Source: Candidatus Poriferihabitaceae bacterium
GTDB lineage: Bacteria; Pseudomonadota; Gammaproteobacteria; Arenicellales; Poriferihabitantaceae
Assembly (NCBI GenBank): GCA_965213885.1
Contig: OZ243919.1
Span: forward strand, 154,668 to 218,667
DNA length: 64,000 nucleotides
Reading direction: 5' to 3'
Shown: one piece after another, positions 10,180 to 21,875 of the stretch
Numbering within the stretch: the stretch's first letter is position 1
Layout of the letters: each line of letters begins with the position of its first letter
Made by a program: the position numbers and the translations under genes
The notes under the pieces: model-generated
What the model saw: only the letters and a program-made list of their open reading frames with translations
Database searches by the model: none
Told to the model about the DNA's origin: nothing

Positions 10180-10623
10180 ATGCGATTCCGGAACGTCAGC
10201 GACGAAAGTGATGCGGACATCAACCTGACTCCGCTGATCGACGTGGTTTTCCTGCTGCTGATCTTCTTCATGGTGACCACCACGTTCTCCCGGGAGGCGG
10301 AAATCAAGCTCAACCTGCCGGAAGCGGACACCGCGGAGCAGATCGACGCCGAACCCCGCTTCCTGACCATCCAGATCAACGATATCGGCCAGTACGGGGT
10401 ACAGGGCCCCGGCGAGGAGGCACCCAGACAACTGGTCAATACCAGCGTGGAAACGCTGCGCAAGGCGCTCAAGCGGGCGGCAGGAGATCTCCGGGAACCC
10501 CTGATCCTGATCAGGGCCGACGGCCTCACCCCCCACGAATCCGTGGTCAGGGCCATGGATGCGGCCCGCCAGCTGGGCTGGTTCCAGATCACTTTCGCCA
10601 CCGGGATGCCGCGGCGACCGTAA
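10180..10623 (+). CDS. exbD: ExbD/TolR biopolymer transport protein
   Basis: INLTPLIDVVFLLLIFFMVTT TM helix plus a periplasmic domain, directly after exbB. Confidence 0.85.
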   Translation: MRFRNVSDESDADINLTPLIDVVFLLLIFFMVTTTFSREAEIKLNLPEADTAEQIDAEPRFLTIQINDIGQYGVQGPGEEAPRQLVNTSVETLRKALKRAAGDLREPLILIRADGLTPHESVVRAMDAARQLGWFQITFATGMPRRP

Positions 10624-10788
10624 ACCGCCGTCGCGCCATCGTCCGGGGGCGGGGCGTTCCGGGGCCAACCGTCGGGGACCGCGTGGAAATACCCATCCTG
10701 TCCCCCTGTTCGGGTGGCAGTCCCGCGGGTCTTGGGCGTGGTGAACCGGCAGCGCCCGACGCCGGGGGTTCCGCGTCGGGCTGCTCTC

Positions 10789-12177
10789 CTACCGGCCGGG
10801 CTTCTTGGCCGGGCGCTTCCACCCGGGGTAGGAAACCTGCTTTGCCCGGCTGACCACCAGTGCCGGGCGGTCCACGTCCCGCGTGACGGTGGTTCCGGCC
10901 CCGATGGTGACGCCGTCGGCGATACGGACCGGCGCGACCAGTTGGCTGTCCGAGCCGACGAACACGTCGTCGCCGATCACGGTCCGGTGTTTCCCGGCAC
11001 CGTCGTAGTTGCAGGTGATGGCGCCCGCGCCGAAATTGGTATTGCGGCCCAGCGTGCTGTCGCCGATGTAGGCCAGGTGATTGGCCTTGCTGCCTTCCGC
11101 CAGTTCGCTGTTCTTGACCTCGACGAAGTTGCCGACCCGGACATGGTCGCCGAGACGGGAATCCGGGCGCAGCCGCGCGAACGGTCCGACATGGCAGTGG
11201 TTGCCGAGTTCCGCGTTCTCAAGCAGGCTGTGGGGATGAATGCGGCAGTGATTTCCGATGCGCGCATCACGGATCACGCAGCCCGGGCCGATGGTGACGT
11301 CGTCACCGACTTCCACGACGCCCTCCAGTACCACGTTCACGTCCACCACGCAGTCCCGGCCGAATCTGGCCTCGCCGCGAATATCGATTCGCGCGGGATC
11401 CATGAGCGTGACCCCGGCTTCCATCAGGGCGCCGGCCGCCAGCCGCTGGAAGCGCCTTTCCGCCATGGCCAGTTCGCTGCGGGAGTTGATCCCGAGAAAC
11501 CGGTCGGGGTCCCGCGCGGTTTCCCCATGGATGGTTTCACCGTCGGCGGTGGCCAGGGCGACGATATCCGTCAGGTAGTACTCACCCTGTCTGTTGCCGC
11601 AGCCGATGCCGTCCAGCCAGCGGGCCAGGACGGTTGCACTGCAAAGCAGGATGCCGGTATTGATCTCACCGATGGCGAGTTGCCCGGGGGCGGCATCCCG
11701 CTGCTCGACGATGCCCGTGATGCTGCCCGCGCTGTCCCTGAGAATCCTGCCGAGCCCGGAGGGGTCGGAGGGTGTTGCCGTGAGAATCGCCAGGACGTCT
11801 TCCGACCGGCACAGGCTGCCGAGGTCGTCCGGGCTCACCAGCGGAACGTCACCATACAGGACCAGGCACCGGGACTGCGGATCCACGTGCGGCATGACCA
11901 GGCGGACGGCATGACCGGTGCCGTTCTGCTCCGCCTGTTCCACCCAGTTGAACCGGCCGGACGCCGTGGTGAACAGCGGCTCCATGGCGGCGCGTACCGA
12001 TTCGCCTCCATGGCCGATGACGACATGGATGCGGGCGGGTTCGAGGCGAAGAGCCGTCCCGAGCACATGGAACAGCATCGGCTTTCCGCCCACGGGATGC
12101 AGGACCTTGGGCAGGTCGGAATGCATACGTGTCCCCCTGCCGGCAGCAAGAATGATCACTTCGAGGGGCATGGGCAC
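10789..12177 (-). CDS. glmU: Bifunctional UDP-GlcNAc pyrophosphorylase / GlcN-1-P N-acetyltransferase
   Basis: VIILAAGRGTRMHSDLPKVLHPVGGKPM N-terminus and a C-terminal hexapeptide-repeat (LbH) region. Confidence 0.95.
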   Translation of the reverse strand: MPMPLEVIILAAGRGTRMHSDLPKVLHPVGGKPMLFHVLGTALRLEPARIHVVIGHGGESVRAAMEPLFTTASGRFNWVEQAEQNGTGHAVRLVMPHVDPQSRCLVLYGDVPLVSPDDLGSLCRSEDVLAILTATPSDPSGLGRILRDSAGSITGIVEQRDAAPGQLAIGEINTGILLCSATVLARWLDGIGCGNRQGEYYLTDIVALATADGETIHGETARDPDRFLGINSRSELAMAERRFQRLAAGALMEAGVTLMDPARIDIRGEARFGRDCVVDVNVVLEGVVEVGDDVTIGPGCVIRDARIGNHCRIHPHSLLENAELGNHCHVGPFARLRPDSRLGDHVRVGNFVEVKNSELAEGSKANHLAYIGDSTLGRNTNFGAGAITCNYDGAGKHRTVIGDDVFVGSDSQLVAPVRIADGVTIGAGTTVTRDVDRPALVVSRAKQVSYPGWKRPAKKPGR

Positions 12178-12429
12178 GTTGGGAGTCAGGGCGTTTATCT
12201 TGTCGGACGTGCAAAAAAGCCTGGGGCGCCCCTCTCGACGCCGGGGACCCGGGCAATACTATCATACGCATCTCGCCGGCCGTCATGGGCTGCCATGCGC
12301 GGCTGTTCCCGCCATGGACGGTTGGTTGGCCTGCCGGGGCTGTGCGGGCATGCGGGAAACCCGGGCATCCGCGTCGCCCCGGGGGCAGCGAAGCACAAGG
12401 GGGATCCGGTTTCGGGAGAACCGGGAGAG

Positions 12430-14778
12430 CTACCTGTGCCGGGCGAGATGCAGCCAGGTCTCCACTACCGTATCCGGGTTCAGCGACACGCTCCCGATGC
12501 CCTCGTCCATGAGCCATTGGGCAAGGTCCGGGTAGTCCGAAGGCCCCTGCCCGCAGATGCCGACATACTTGCCGGCCCGGTTGCAGGCGCGGATGGCCAT
12601 CGAGAGCATGGCCTTCACCGCCTCGTCGCGTTCGTCGAACAGGTCCGCGATGATCGCGGAGTCGCGGTCCAGGCCCAGGGTGAACTGGGTCATGTCGTTG
12701 GAGCCGATGGAAAAGCCGTCGAAGCGTTCAAGGAAATGGTCCGCGAGCACGGCGTTGGAGGGGATTTCGCACATCATGATGACCCTGAGGCCGTTCCTGC
12801 CTCGCTCCAGGCCGTTTTCCTTCAGAAGCCCGATGACCGCGTCGGCCTCGTCCAGGGTGCGCACGAAAGGAACCATGACTTCCACGTTGACGAGTCCCAT
12901 GTCGTCCCGCACCCGCCTGACCGCCTCGCATTCCATTTCAAAGCAGTCGCGGAACGATTCGGCGATATAGCGTGAGGCGCCGCGAAAGCCGAGCATGGGA
13001 TTTTCCTCTGCCGGCTCGAACAGGCTGCCTCCAAGCAGGTTGGCGTATTCGTTGGACTTGAAATCGGACAGCCGGACGATCACCGGCCTTGGGAAGAATG
13101 CCGCGCCGAGGGAGCCGACGCCCTCGACCAGCTTTTCCACGTAGAAGCTCCTTGGGTCGGCGTACCCCGCCATGCGCCGGTGGATTTCCTCGCGCAGGTC
13201 CTCCGGCATGTCGTCCTTCCGGAGCAGGGCCTTGGGGTGCACGCCGATGGTGTTGTTGATGATGAACTCCAGGCGCGCCAGGCCGACCCCATGGTTCGGA
13301 ATCCTCGAAAATGCGAAGGCCCGTTCCGGGTTGCCCACATTCATGGTGATCTTGAAACCGACCTCCGGCATCCGGTCGAGGTCGGTGGTCATGACCTCGA
13401 AATCAAGCAGGCCCGCATAGACCTTGCCGGTATCGCCCTCGGCGCAGCATGCCGTGACTTCGCTGCCGTCGGCGAGGACCCGGGTGGCATTCCCGCAACC
13501 CACGATGGCGGGCACACCCAGCTCCCGCGCGATGATGGCGGCATGGCAGGTGCGGCCGCCACGGTCGGTGACGATGGCCGCCGCCCTCTTCATCACCGGC
13601 TCCCAGTCCGGGTCCGTCATGTCGGTGACCAGCACGTCGCCGGGCTCCACCCTGTGGAGGTCGTCCACGTTTGGGACAATCCGGACCCTGCCGGTGCCGA
13701 TGCGCTGACCCACGCTGCGGCCGGTAACCAGCACCTCGCCGTCCTCCCTGAGGCGGAACCGCTCCAGGAGATTGCCGCTGTCCCGGCTGCGCACGGTCTC
13801 CGGACGGGCCTGGAGAATCATCAGTTCCCCGGTTTCGCCGTCCTTGCCCCATTCGATGTCCATGGGGCGGCCGTAGTGCTCCTCGATGGCCACGGCCATC
13901 TTCGCAAGCTCCGTGACGTCCCCGTCGGTGATGGAAAACGCGTATTGCCGGGCCGGGTCCACATCGATGGTCTCAACCGTCCTTTCGGACCCTTCGGGCG
14001 CGTACACCATCTTGATCAGCTTCGAGCCCCGGGTGCGACGCAGGATTGCGGGCCGGCCGGCCGCCAGGGCTGGCTTGTAGACATAGAATTCATCCGGGTT
14101 CACGGAGCCCTGCACCACGCACTCCCCGAGCCCCCAGGAGGCGGTGATGAACACCGCTTCCTCGAAGCCGGACTCGGTGTCGATGGTGAACATGACGCCG
14201 CTGGCGCCCAGGTCGCTGCGGACCATGCGCTGGATGCCGGCGGAAAGGGCCACGTCGGCATGGGCGAAGCCCTGGTGCACCCGGTAGGCGATGGCGCGAT
14301 CATTGAACAGGGACGCGAACACCTCCCGGACACGGTGGAGCACCTGGTCGATGCCGCGAACGTTGAGAAAGCTTTCCTGCTGCCCGGCGAAGGAGGCTTC
14401 CGGCAGGTCCTCGGCGGTGGCTGAGGACCGTACCGCAACACTGCCGCCAAGGGTGTCGTAGGCTTCACGGATGGATCGTTCCAGCGCCGCGGGAAGGGGA
14501 TGATTCATGACCATGCCGCGTATGGATGCGCCGGCTTCCCTGAGATCCGCCAGGTTGTCGACATCCAGGGAATCGAGGATCGCGCCGATGTTCCCGCCGA
14601 GGTCCCCATGCCCGATGAAGGCGCGGTAGGCATCCGCGGTGGTGGCGAATCCATCGGGGACCCGGATGCCCGCCGATGACAGGCCAGAAATCAATTCCCC
14701 GAGCGAGGCGTTTTTTCCTCCGACACGGGGTACATCGTCCATCCCCAGGTCATGAAACCAGACAATCCACTCAGTCAA
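12430..14778 (-). CDS. ppsA: Phosphoenolpyruvate synthase
   Basis: [25 protein letters not shown] (phospho-His loop), SIGSNDMTQ; 782 aa. Confidence 0.97.
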   Translation of the reverse strand: MTEWIVWFHDLGMDDVPRVGGKNASLGELISGLSSAGIRVPDGFATTADAYRAFIGHGDLGGNIGAILDSLDVDNLADLREAGASIRGMVMNHPLPAALERSIREAYDTLGGSVAVRSSATAEDLPEASFAGQQESFLNVRGIDQVLHRVREVFASLFNDRAIAYRVHQGFAHADVALSAGIQRMVRSDLGASGVMFTIDTESGFEEAVFITASWGLGECVVQGSVNPDEFYVYKPALAAGRPAILRRTRGSKLIKMVYAPEGSERTVETIDVDPARQYAFSITDGDVTELAKMAVAIEEHYGRPMDIEWGKDGETGELMILQARPETVRSRDSGNLLERFRLREDGEVLVTGRSVGQRIGTGRVRIVPNVDDLHRVEPGDVLVTDMTDPDWEPVMKRAAAIVTDRGGRTCHAAIIARELGVPAIVGCGNATRVLADGSEVTACCAEGDTGKVYAGLLDFEVMTTDLDRMPEVGFKITMNVGNPERAFAFSRIPNHGVGLARLEFIINNTIGVHPKALLRKDDMPEDLREEIHRRMAGYADPRSFYVEKLVEGVGSLGAAFFPRPVIVRLSDFKSNEYANLLGGSLFEPAEENPMLGFRGASRYIAESFRDCFEMECEAVRRVRDDMGLVNVEVMVPFVRTLDEADAVIGLLKENGLERGRNGLRVIMMCEIPSNAVLADHFLERFDGFSIGSNDMTQFTLGLDRDSAIIADLFDERDEAVKAMLSMAIRACNRAGKYVGICGQGPSDYPDLAQWLMDEGIGSVSLNPDTVVETWLHLARHR

Positions 14779-14950
14779 CGGTTCGGCCTCGACTCATCTG
14801 TCCAACACGAAGGCGGATTCTAGCAGCCGCACCCCGCAGGATCACCAGCGTACCCGGCACGTTTCATCCGCCAGCCTGCCCGGAGAAATCCGGGGAGGCC
14901 GCAGGGGGCAATTTCCGTATAATCCGGTGAGCCGCCCCAATTGTTGACCT

Positions 14951-15772
14951 GTGCCCCACCGTCCCGTTTTCATCGTCTCGGACCGCAGCGGACTGACCGC
15001 GGAAACGCTCAGCCATACGCTGATGAGCCAGTTTCCGGGTGTCCGGTTCCACCAGCGTGCCCTGCCTTTCGTGGATACCCCGCAGAAGGTGCGGCAGGCC
15101 GTTCGGGACATCGACGAGGCCGGTCGAGAATCGGGTTGCCGGCCGCTCGTGTTCGCGACTTTTGTCGACGATTCGTTCAGTGAAATCCTGTCGACGGCCG
15201 AAGGGGAAGTCTTCGACCTGCTCGCCCCGTTCATCGGCCGCATGGAACGACTTCTCGACCAGCAGTCCTCCCACAAGCCCGGCCAGTCCCACGGCATTTC
15301 CGATGTCGGGCGGTATTACCGGCGCATCGATGCGGTGAACTATGCCATGCATTGTGACGACGGCCTGCATACGCAGGATTACAACCGGGCCACGCTGATT
15401 CTCCTTGGCGCCTCGCGCTCCGGCAAGACGCCCACCTGCCTCTATCTTGCGCTCCATTTCGGATTCTATGCGGCGAACTACCCGCTGACGGAGGAGGACT
15501 TCGGTGCCGGCGTGCTGCCCGGGCCCCTGGAGCCGCACAAGGACAGGATCTTCGGTCTGACCATCGACCCGACGCGGCTTCACCAGATACGGACCGAGCG
15601 ACGTCCGGGAAGCGACTACGCGTCCGTGGCCAGGTGCCGCCAGGATGTCACCCGAGCGGAACAGATGTTCCGGCACGACGGGATACCATTCTGCGATTCC
15701 ACGAATTATTCCGTGGAGGAACTGGGCAGCACCATCAAGCACCAGATGGGCCTGGTGTCGTCCCTGTACTGA
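14951..15772 (+). CDS. ppsR: PEP synthase regulatory protein (bifunctional kinase/pyrophosphorylase)
   Basis: [34 protein letters not shown] (P-loop); divergent from ppsA. GTG start. Confidence 0.9.
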   Translation: MPHRPVFIVSDRSGLTAETLSHTLMSQFPGVRFHQRALPFVDTPQKVRQAVRDIDEAGRESGCRPLVFATFVDDSFSEILSTAEGEVFDLLAPFIGRMERLLDQQSSHKPGQSHGISDVGRYYRRIDAVNYAMHCDDGLHTQDYNRATLILLGASRSGKTPTCLYLALHFGFYAANYPLTEEDFGAGVLPGPLEPHKDRIFGLTIDPTRLHQIRTERRPGSDYASVARCRQDVTRAEQMFRHDGIPFCDSTNYSVEELGSTIKHQMGLVSSLY

Positions 15773-15786
15773 ATGTTCATGGTTCG

Positions 15787-16030
15787 GTGCCGCCCGGCAG
15801 GATCGGATTCGTCAGCCTGGGCTGTCCCAGGGCCACGGTGGACTCGGAGCGGACCCTGACCGAATCAGGGTCCGGGGCTACGAGATGGCACCGGACTATG
15901 CCGCGGCGGACCTGGTGATCGTGAATACCGGCGGCTTCATCGATGCGGCGGTGGGGGAATCCCTGGAAGCGATCGGTGAAGCCATGGACAGGAAATGGCC
16001 AGGTGCTCGTTACCGGATGCCGTCCGGTCA
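15787..16030 (+). pseudogene. rimO: Remnant of rimO (ribosomal protein S12 methylthiotransferase), N-terminal ~85 codons only, frameshifted
   Basis: Three frames together read [22 protein letters not shown] / [38 protein letters not shown] / NGQVLVTGC. This is colinear with the E. coli RimO N-terminus ([59 protein letters not shown]). The radical-SAM and TRAM parts are absent because clpB starts at 16098. Confidence 0.6.
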
Positions 16031-16097
16031 CATTGAACAACGGGGCAAAATCCCCATGTAGCGGAGAGTACAGGGAACCTTTTCCGGAGTTGTTTCA

Positions 16098-18668
16098 ATG
16101 AGAATGGACAAGCTGACGGCCAAGTTCCAGTTGGCCCTGAGCGACGCCCAGAGTGCTGCGCTCGGACGCAGCCACGCGTTCATCGAGCCGGTGCATCTGA
16201 TGCAGGCCATGCTGGACCAGGACGGCGGCAGCATACGCCATCTGCTGACCGTCGCGGGCGTCAACGTCAACCGGTTGCGGTCCGCCATCGGCGAGACGCT
16301 GGACCGGATGCCCAGGGTCGAAGGCAACGAGGGCGAGATTCATGTGTCCAAGGACCTTGGCAAGCTGCTCAACGTGACCGACCAGTTGGCGCAGAAGCGT
16401 CAGGACCAGTACATTGCCAGCGAACTGTTTGTCCTTGCCGCACTGGGCGACAGGGGGGATCTCGGCAGACTGCTGCGCGACGCAGGGGCATCCAGGAACG
16501 GTGTCGAGAAGGCCATCGAGAACATGCGCGGCGGCCAGAGTGTGGACGATCCCAATGCCGAGGACCAGCGTCAGGCCCTGGAGAAATACACCATCGACAT
16601 CACCGAGCGGGCAGAGCAGGGAAAGCTCGACCCGGTCATCGGGCGTGACGAGGAAATCCGCCGCTCCATCCAGGTTCTGCAGCGGCGCACCAAGAACAAC
16701 CCGGTGCTGATCGGCGAGCCCGGCGTGGGGAAGACTGCCATCATCGAGGGCCTGGCCCAGCGAATCGTCAACGGCGAGGTGCCCGAGGGCATGCGGGGGA
16801 AGCGGGTTCTGTCACTGGACATGGGCGCGCTGCTGGCCGGGGCGAAGTACCGGGGAGAATTCGAGGAACGCCTGAAGGCGGTGCTGAACGATCTCGCCAA
16901 GCAGGAAGGGCAGATCGTCCTGTTTATCGACGAACTGCACACCATGGTGGGGGCCGGCAAGGCCGAAGGGGCGATGGATGCGGGCAACATGCTGAAGCCG
17001 GCCCTGGCACGGGGCGAACTGCACTGCGTCGGCGCCACCACCCTGGACGAGTACCGCAGGTATTTGGAAAAGGATGCCGCACTGGAGCGGCGATTCCAGA
17101 AGGTGCTGGTGGACGAGCCGACCGTGGAGGATGCCATCGCTATCCTGCGCGGGCTGAAGGAACGCTATGAGGTGCACCATGGCGTGGATATCACGGATCC
17201 CGCAATCGTTGCCGCGGCGACGCTGTCCCACCGTTACATCACCGACCGCAATCTTCCGGACAAGGCCATCGACCTGGTGGATGAGGCAGCGAGCCGCATC
17301 CGCATGGAAATCGACTCCAAGCCGGAGTCCATGGACCGGCTCGACCGCCGCATCATCCAGATCAAGATGGAAAGGGAGGCGCTGAAGAAGGAAAGCGACT
17401 CCGCCTCGAGGAAACGGCTGGAAGCGCTGGAAGAGGAAATCGGCAGGCTGGAGAAGGAGTACGCCGATCTCGAGGAAGTCTGGAATGCGGAAAAGGCCGC
17501 AGTGCAGGGCAGCCAGCAGATCAAGGAGGAACTGGACCGGATGCGCACGGAATTCGAGGGTGCGCGCCGGGCCGGGGACCTGCAGCGCATGTCCGAACTG
17601 CGCTATGGCCGGATTCCCGAACTGGAAAAGCAGCTGGCAAGCGCCGACGAGGCAAGCGAGAAGGAAACGGTTCTTCTGAGGAGTAACGTGACCGAGGACG
17701 AGATTGCGGAGGTGGTGTCCCGCTGGACCGGCATCCCGGTGTCCAAGATGATGGAGGGTGAACGGGAAAAGCTGCTGTCCATGGAGGACAACCTGCACCG
17801 GCGCGTGATCGGCCAGGATGAGGCCATCCGGTCCGTTTCCAATGCGATCCGACGCTCCCGGGCGGGACTGTCGGACCCCGACCGCCCTTATGGTTCATTC
17901 CTGTTTCTCGGCCCCACCGGGGTCGGCAAGACCGAGCTGACCAAGGCCCTGGCGGAATTCCTGTTCGACACCGACGAGGCCATGGTGCGCATCGACATGT
18001 CCGAGTTCATGGAGAAGCATTCCGTGGCAAGGCTCATCGGGGCGCCCCCGGGATACGTGGGTTACGAGGAAGGCGGTTACCTGACCGAAGCCGTACGCCG
18101 CCGGCCCTATTCCGTGATCCTGCTGGATGAGGTGGAAAAGGCCCATTCCGACGTGTTCAATGTGCTCCTTCAGGTGCTGGACGACGGGCGCCTGACGGAC
18201 GGGCAGGGCAGGACGGTGGACTTCCGCAACACCGTGATCGTGATGACCTCGAACCTGGGTTCGCAGATGATCCAGGAAATGGCGCCCGAGGGTGACTACG
18301 ACAGGATGAAATCCGCTTTGATGGCGATCGTCGGCAGCCACTTCCGGCCCGAATTCCTCAACCGAATTGATGACATCACGGTGTTCCATCCGCTTCAGAA
18401 GGATCAGCTCAAGCGGATTGCCGCGATCCAGGCGGAATACCTCAGGCGGCGCCTCAGGGGCCGCGGGATCGAACTCGAACTTGCCGATGAAGCCCTGGAA
18501 CGTCTCGCCGAGGCCGGTTTCGACCCGGTATACGGTGCGCGGCCGCTGAAACGGGCGATCCAGCAGCAGGTGGAGAATCCGCTGGCGCAGGAGATCCTGT
18601 CCGGGGAGTTCGGGGAGGGAGACCGGATCCGGGTGCTGGTGGAGGACGGCCAGATCCTGTTCCGGTGA
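16098..18668 (+). CDS. clpB: ATP-dependent disaggregase ClpB
   Basis: [11 protein letters not shown].., two Walker A boxes ([18 protein letters not shown]), a long coiled-coil middle domain; 856 aa. Confidence 0.97.
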   Translation: MRMDKLTAKFQLALSDAQSAALGRSHAFIEPVHLMQAMLDQDGGSIRHLLTVAGVNVNRLRSAIGETLDRMPRVEGNEGEIHVSKDLGKLLNVTDQLAQKRQDQYIASELFVLAALGDRGDLGRLLRDAGASRNGVEKAIENMRGGQSVDDPNAEDQRQALEKYTIDITERAEQGKLDPVIGRDEEIRRSIQVLQRRTKNNPVLIGEPGVGKTAIIEGLAQRIVNGEVPEGMRGKRVLSLDMGALLAGAKYRGEFEERLKAVLNDLAKQEGQIVLFIDELHTMVGAGKAEGAMDAGNMLKPALARGELHCVGATTLDEYRRYLEKDAALERRFQKVLVDEPTVEDAIAILRGLKERYEVHHGVDITDPAIVAAATLSHRYITDRNLPDKAIDLVDEAASRIRMEIDSKPESMDRLDRRIIQIKMEREALKKESDSASRKRLEALEEEIGRLEKEYADLEEVWNAEKAAVQGSQQIKEELDRMRTEFEGARRAGDLQRMSELRYGRIPELEKQLASADEASEKETVLLRSNVTEDEIAEVVSRWTGIPVSKMMEGEREKLLSMEDNLHRRVIGQDEAIRSVSNAIRRSRAGLSDPDRPYGSFLFLGPTGVGKTELTKALAEFLFDTDEAMVRIDMSEFMEKHSVARLIGAPPGYVGYEEGGYLTEAVRRRPYSVILLDEVEKAHSDVFNVLLQVLDDGRLTDGQGRTVDFRNTVIVMTSNLGSQMIQEMAPEGDYDRMKSALMAIVGSHFRPEFLNRIDDITVFHPLQKDQLKRIAAIQAEYLRRRLRGRGIELELADEALERLAEAGFDPVYGARPLKRAIQQQVENPLAQEILSGEFGEGDRIRVLVEDGQILFR

Positions 18669-18806
18669 CGTTTCCGGGGATTGTCCCTCCATGGGGCCCC
18701 GGCACCCCCGACCCGGTCCTCTACCAACCGTTTCGTTTGTCAATGTCTCCCGGGCAGGTCAGAATCGGCTTCCACCTCCCGGCACGAACCCGATCGGACG
18801 ATCCTC

Positions 18807-19853
18807 ATGGAGTTCAGTATCCAGCTTTCCGCCTACTATCCGGATAAATCCTACGGTGGGGACCGGATTTACCGGGACATGATCGAGCAGGCGATCCTTG
18901 CGGACCAGCTGGGTTATGACGCGGTATCGCTGACAGAGCACCACCTGATCAACATCCTGATGCTTCCGGCGCCCCTTCAGCTCGCGGTGAGAATCGCCGC
19001 TGAAACCCGGCACATTGGCATCATGACCAGCGTGGCGGTCCTGCCGCTGCATGACATGCGGATCTATGCAGGTGAAGTGGTCTGCGCCGATATATTGACA
19101 GAAGGCCGCCTGATGCTGGGCGTGGGGCGGGGTGCATTTGCCTACGAAATGGGCCGGCTGGGCGTTCCGCTGGAGACCAGCCGGGAGAAATTCGACGAGT
19201 CGCTGGATCTGTTGCGGCAACTCCTCGACGAGGAGGAGGTGGGATGGGATGGAAAGTACTACCGGTTCGAGCCGATCACCGTCATGCCCCGCCCGGTGCG
19301 GAGGATTCCGTTCATGATGGCGGTGATGACCCCGGAAGGCATCCGTTCCTGCGCGGGGAGGGGATTCCACATCCAGACCACCCCGCTGTCCGGCAGTCAC
19401 CACATGATGCTGCAGCAGGTCGAGGCGTTCAAGATAGGCAAGGCCGATCTGGGAGAGGCGGGCAGGGAACTGACCCTATCGCTGTCGCGGGTCGCATTCC
19501 TGGCGGTAGGCGAGGCTGACCGGATGCGGAAGGTGATGCAGGCCAACGAGTATTACAAGCGGTTCGACAACGTCTTCACCGGTCCGGGGATCGTGGACAG
19601 CGGCATGATCCGTCCCTTGCCACGCGAAATGTCCTTGTCGGAAACCGCCGAGAATCTGGCTATTGAAACCCCGTCGGCCATGGTCGACAAGCTGGGTCCC
19701 TATGCCGAGGCCGGCGTCGACCGGTTGATCATGAATTTGAATTTCGGCCTGTCCCAGACGGAAACCCTGGAATGTATCCAGCAATTTGCCGAAGAGGTGA
19801 TGCCGCATTTCACCACCCCCAAGGTGGCTGGGACGAAGCGGGTCACCGCCTGA
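18807..19853 (+). CDS. LLM-class (luciferase-like) flavin-dependent oxidoreductase
   Basis: MEFSIQLSAYYP.., GYDAVSLTEHH.., GRLMLGVGRGAF: the luciferase-like monooxygenase pattern. I placed the start at the ATG at 18807; the track ORF begins at 18681, inside the clpB tail region. Confidence 0.8.
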   Translation: MEFSIQLSAYYPDKSYGGDRIYRDMIEQAILADQLGYDAVSLTEHHLINILMLPAPLQLAVRIAAETRHIGIMTSVAVLPLHDMRIYAGEVVCADILTEGRLMLGVGRGAFAYEMGRLGVPLETSREKFDESLDLLRQLLDEEEVGWDGKYYRFEPITVMPRPVRRIPFMMAVMTPEGIRSCAGRGFHIQTTPLSGSHHMMLQQVEAFKIGKADLGEAGRELTLSLSRVAFLAVGEADRMRKVMQANEYYKRFDNVFTGPGIVDSGMIRPLPREMSLSETAENLAIETPSAMVDKLGPYAEAGVDRLIMNLNFGLSQTETLECIQQFAEEVMPHFTTPKVAGTKRVTA

Positions 19854-19890
19854 GCAGGGCCGCAATGACCGTCCGCGTAAATTCCGCCCG

Positions 19891-20673
19891 ATGATGCGCC
19901 GGACCACCGTGGAATGCGATTTCTCCCTGCACGGGGCAGGTCCGCCGCTGTTCCTGATTCATGGCATCGGTGCCGCCAGGGATGCCTGGCGGCTCATGGT
20001 GCCGATCCTGTCAAGGCATTTCACCCTGGTGACCTACGATCTCAGGGGGCATGGGTCGTCCCCCCGGGCGACCGGGGCATTCGGCCTCGACGAACTGGTG
20101 CTGGACCTGGAGCGGCTGCGGGAGCGAACGGGGTTCGAGCGGGCCCATTTTGCCGGCCATTCCCTGGGCGGCATGATCGGGCCTGCCTATGCCAGGCGGT
20201 TTTCCGACCGGGTGATCTCCCTCGGCCTGCTGTCCACCGCTGCGGGGCGCACCGACGCAGACCGGCAAAAAGTCCTGGGCGTGGTGCGGGCGATGGAAGA
20301 GCAGGGAATTCCGCAAGTCCTGGACACCCTGGTCGACCGCTGGTTCACTGACGGGTTCATCGCCGCCAACCCGGAGCTTGTCCGGCGGCGTCTCAGGCAG
20401 GTGATCGAAACGGATCCGGCCGTGTTCCTCAACGTGTTCCGCATCTACGCCGAAACGGAAATGATGCCCTGGTTGCACGAGGTCGGTGCACCCGCGCTGG
20501 TCATCACCGGGGAAAACGATGGCGGCTGCAACCCCCGGCTCAACCGCTGCATCGCCGAAACGCTGCCGGACGCGGAACTGGTGATTCTGCCGGGATACAA
20601 GCATGCCACACTGCTGGAGGCGCCAGGGCGGGTCAGCGAGCACCTGATCAGATTCATGGGCTCCAGGCAGTGA
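19891..20673 (+). CDS. Alpha/beta-fold hydrolase (enol-lactonase-like)
   Basis: LFLIHGIGAARDAW, YDLRGHGSS, nucleophile elbow GHSLGG, C-terminal ..GYKHATLLE. Confidence 0.8.
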   Translation: MMRRTTVECDFSLHGAGPPLFLIHGIGAARDAWRLMVPILSRHFTLVTYDLRGHGSSPRATGAFGLDELVLDLERLRERTGFERAHFAGHSLGGMIGPAYARRFSDRVISLGLLSTAAGRTDADRQKVLGVVRAMEEQGIPQVLDTLVDRWFTDGFIAANPELVRRRLRQVIETDPAVFLNVFRIYAETEMMPWLHEVGAPALVITGENDGGCNPRLNRCIAETLPDAELVILPGYKHATLLEAPGRVSEHLIRFMGSRQ

Positions 20674-20748
20674 GCGCCGGACAGGAATGCTGACGCGGGA
20701 AGTGAAGGTGCCCGACTGTGTGCCGCGGTGCATCCGGACACCGCTGCC

Positions 20749-21537
20749 TCATTCCTGCCGTTCCCGGGCGGTGGACAGCTGTTGGTGATCCCCGGCAGCA
20801 GCGGCTGCCAGCAGCATCGCATCCGCTCCGGCCAGCACCAGTTGGTGTCCGTTCCCAAAGAGCCGTCCGGCGGTCCAGTCCGCAAACGTGATGCATCCGA
20901 GGGCGGTGCCCGCCGCCAGCGTGCGCGACTCGATGCGCGCAAAGGCCTCGGTGAACGCCGCCGATGAAAATTCACCCACCTGGCCGAGGGAGGCGGACAG
21001 GTCCGCGGGGCCGATAAAGACCATGTCGACGCCATCCGTGGCAGCGATGGCATCAATGTCGCTGGCCGCCCCGGCGGACTCCACCTGGATGATCAGCAGA
21101 AAATCCTCCCGCATGGCGCGGAGGTAGTCCGGCACCCGGTCGCCGGAATAGTCTGTGGCGCGGATGTATCCCGGAGCCGCCCCGCGGTCGCCTTCCGGGC
21201 CATAGCTGCAATGCGCCACGACCTCGCGCGCATGGGACGCATCCCGGATGTTCGGCACCATGATGCCGGCAGGACCGGTATCCAGCGTACGCTTGATGTC
21301 CACCGCGTCGGCGGAGCTTGAGCGGATGACCGGTGTGCTGCCGCCGGCCTGGACCGCCTGCATCAGGGAAATCGCCGAGAGGTAGTCCGACGCCGTATGT
21401 TCAAGGTCGATCATCAGCACGTCATAGCCGGCCTGTGCCATGATCTGGGCCGCGATCGGGCTTGAGAGGGACAACCAGCCGCCGGTCAGCCGATCGCCCC
21501 GGAGAATGCGTTTCTTGAGAGAAGTCATGGGTTCCAT
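20749..21537 (-). CDS. HpcH/HpaI-family 2-keto-3-deoxy-acid aldolase
   Basis: LKKRILRGDRLTGGWLSLSSPIAAQIMAQAGYDVLMIDLEHT, ..LLIIQVES.., MVFIGPADLSASLG motifs. Confidence 0.8.
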   Translation of the reverse strand: MEPMTSLKKRILRGDRLTGGWLSLSSPIAAQIMAQAGYDVLMIDLEHTASDYLSAISLMQAVQAGGSTPVIRSSSADAVDIKRTLDTGPAGIMVPNIRDASHAREVVAHCSYGPEGDRGAAPGYIRATDYSGDRVPDYLRAMREDFLLIIQVESAGAASDIDAIAATDGVDMVFIGPADLSASLGQVGEFSSAAFTEAFARIESRTLAAGTALGCITFADWTAGRLFGNGHQLVLAGADAMLLAAAAAGDHQQLSTARERQE

Positions 21538-21875
21538 CGCTGAATCAGTTTCCCGCGGATCGGGATAGGGGGGGCGGGCGCGCCATCATACCGGCGGGCC
21601 GGGCGGGGGTAAAGCCGTTGCTGCCGTTGCCGGGGCATGGATGACGGCAGGCAAAGGGTTTCCTGCGCTTCGCGATTCCCGCAGCCCCGGCCGCATGGGC
21701 CGGCAGGTGTCCGATGCCGGTCCCGGCACCGATCACACCGGTTGCCGCCCGACCCGACGGATGAGGCATGCGGCTCCGCCCCTGCTTCAAACGGGGCGGA
21801 TTCTGTCGCATTTGCCGGCTGTGAACCGGAGGTGAAATTGTTATCGTTGGGGCCTTCGAATCCACGCTGCGGCCA

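Noticed and set aside
10714-12975. 753-aa plus-strand ORF spanning glmU and part of ppsA
   Set aside because: It lies antisense to two genes with unmistakable homology (GlmU, PpsA). Its translation is low-complexity, Ala/Gly/Arg/Pro-rich and has no motifs, which is the typical high-GC antisense artefact.
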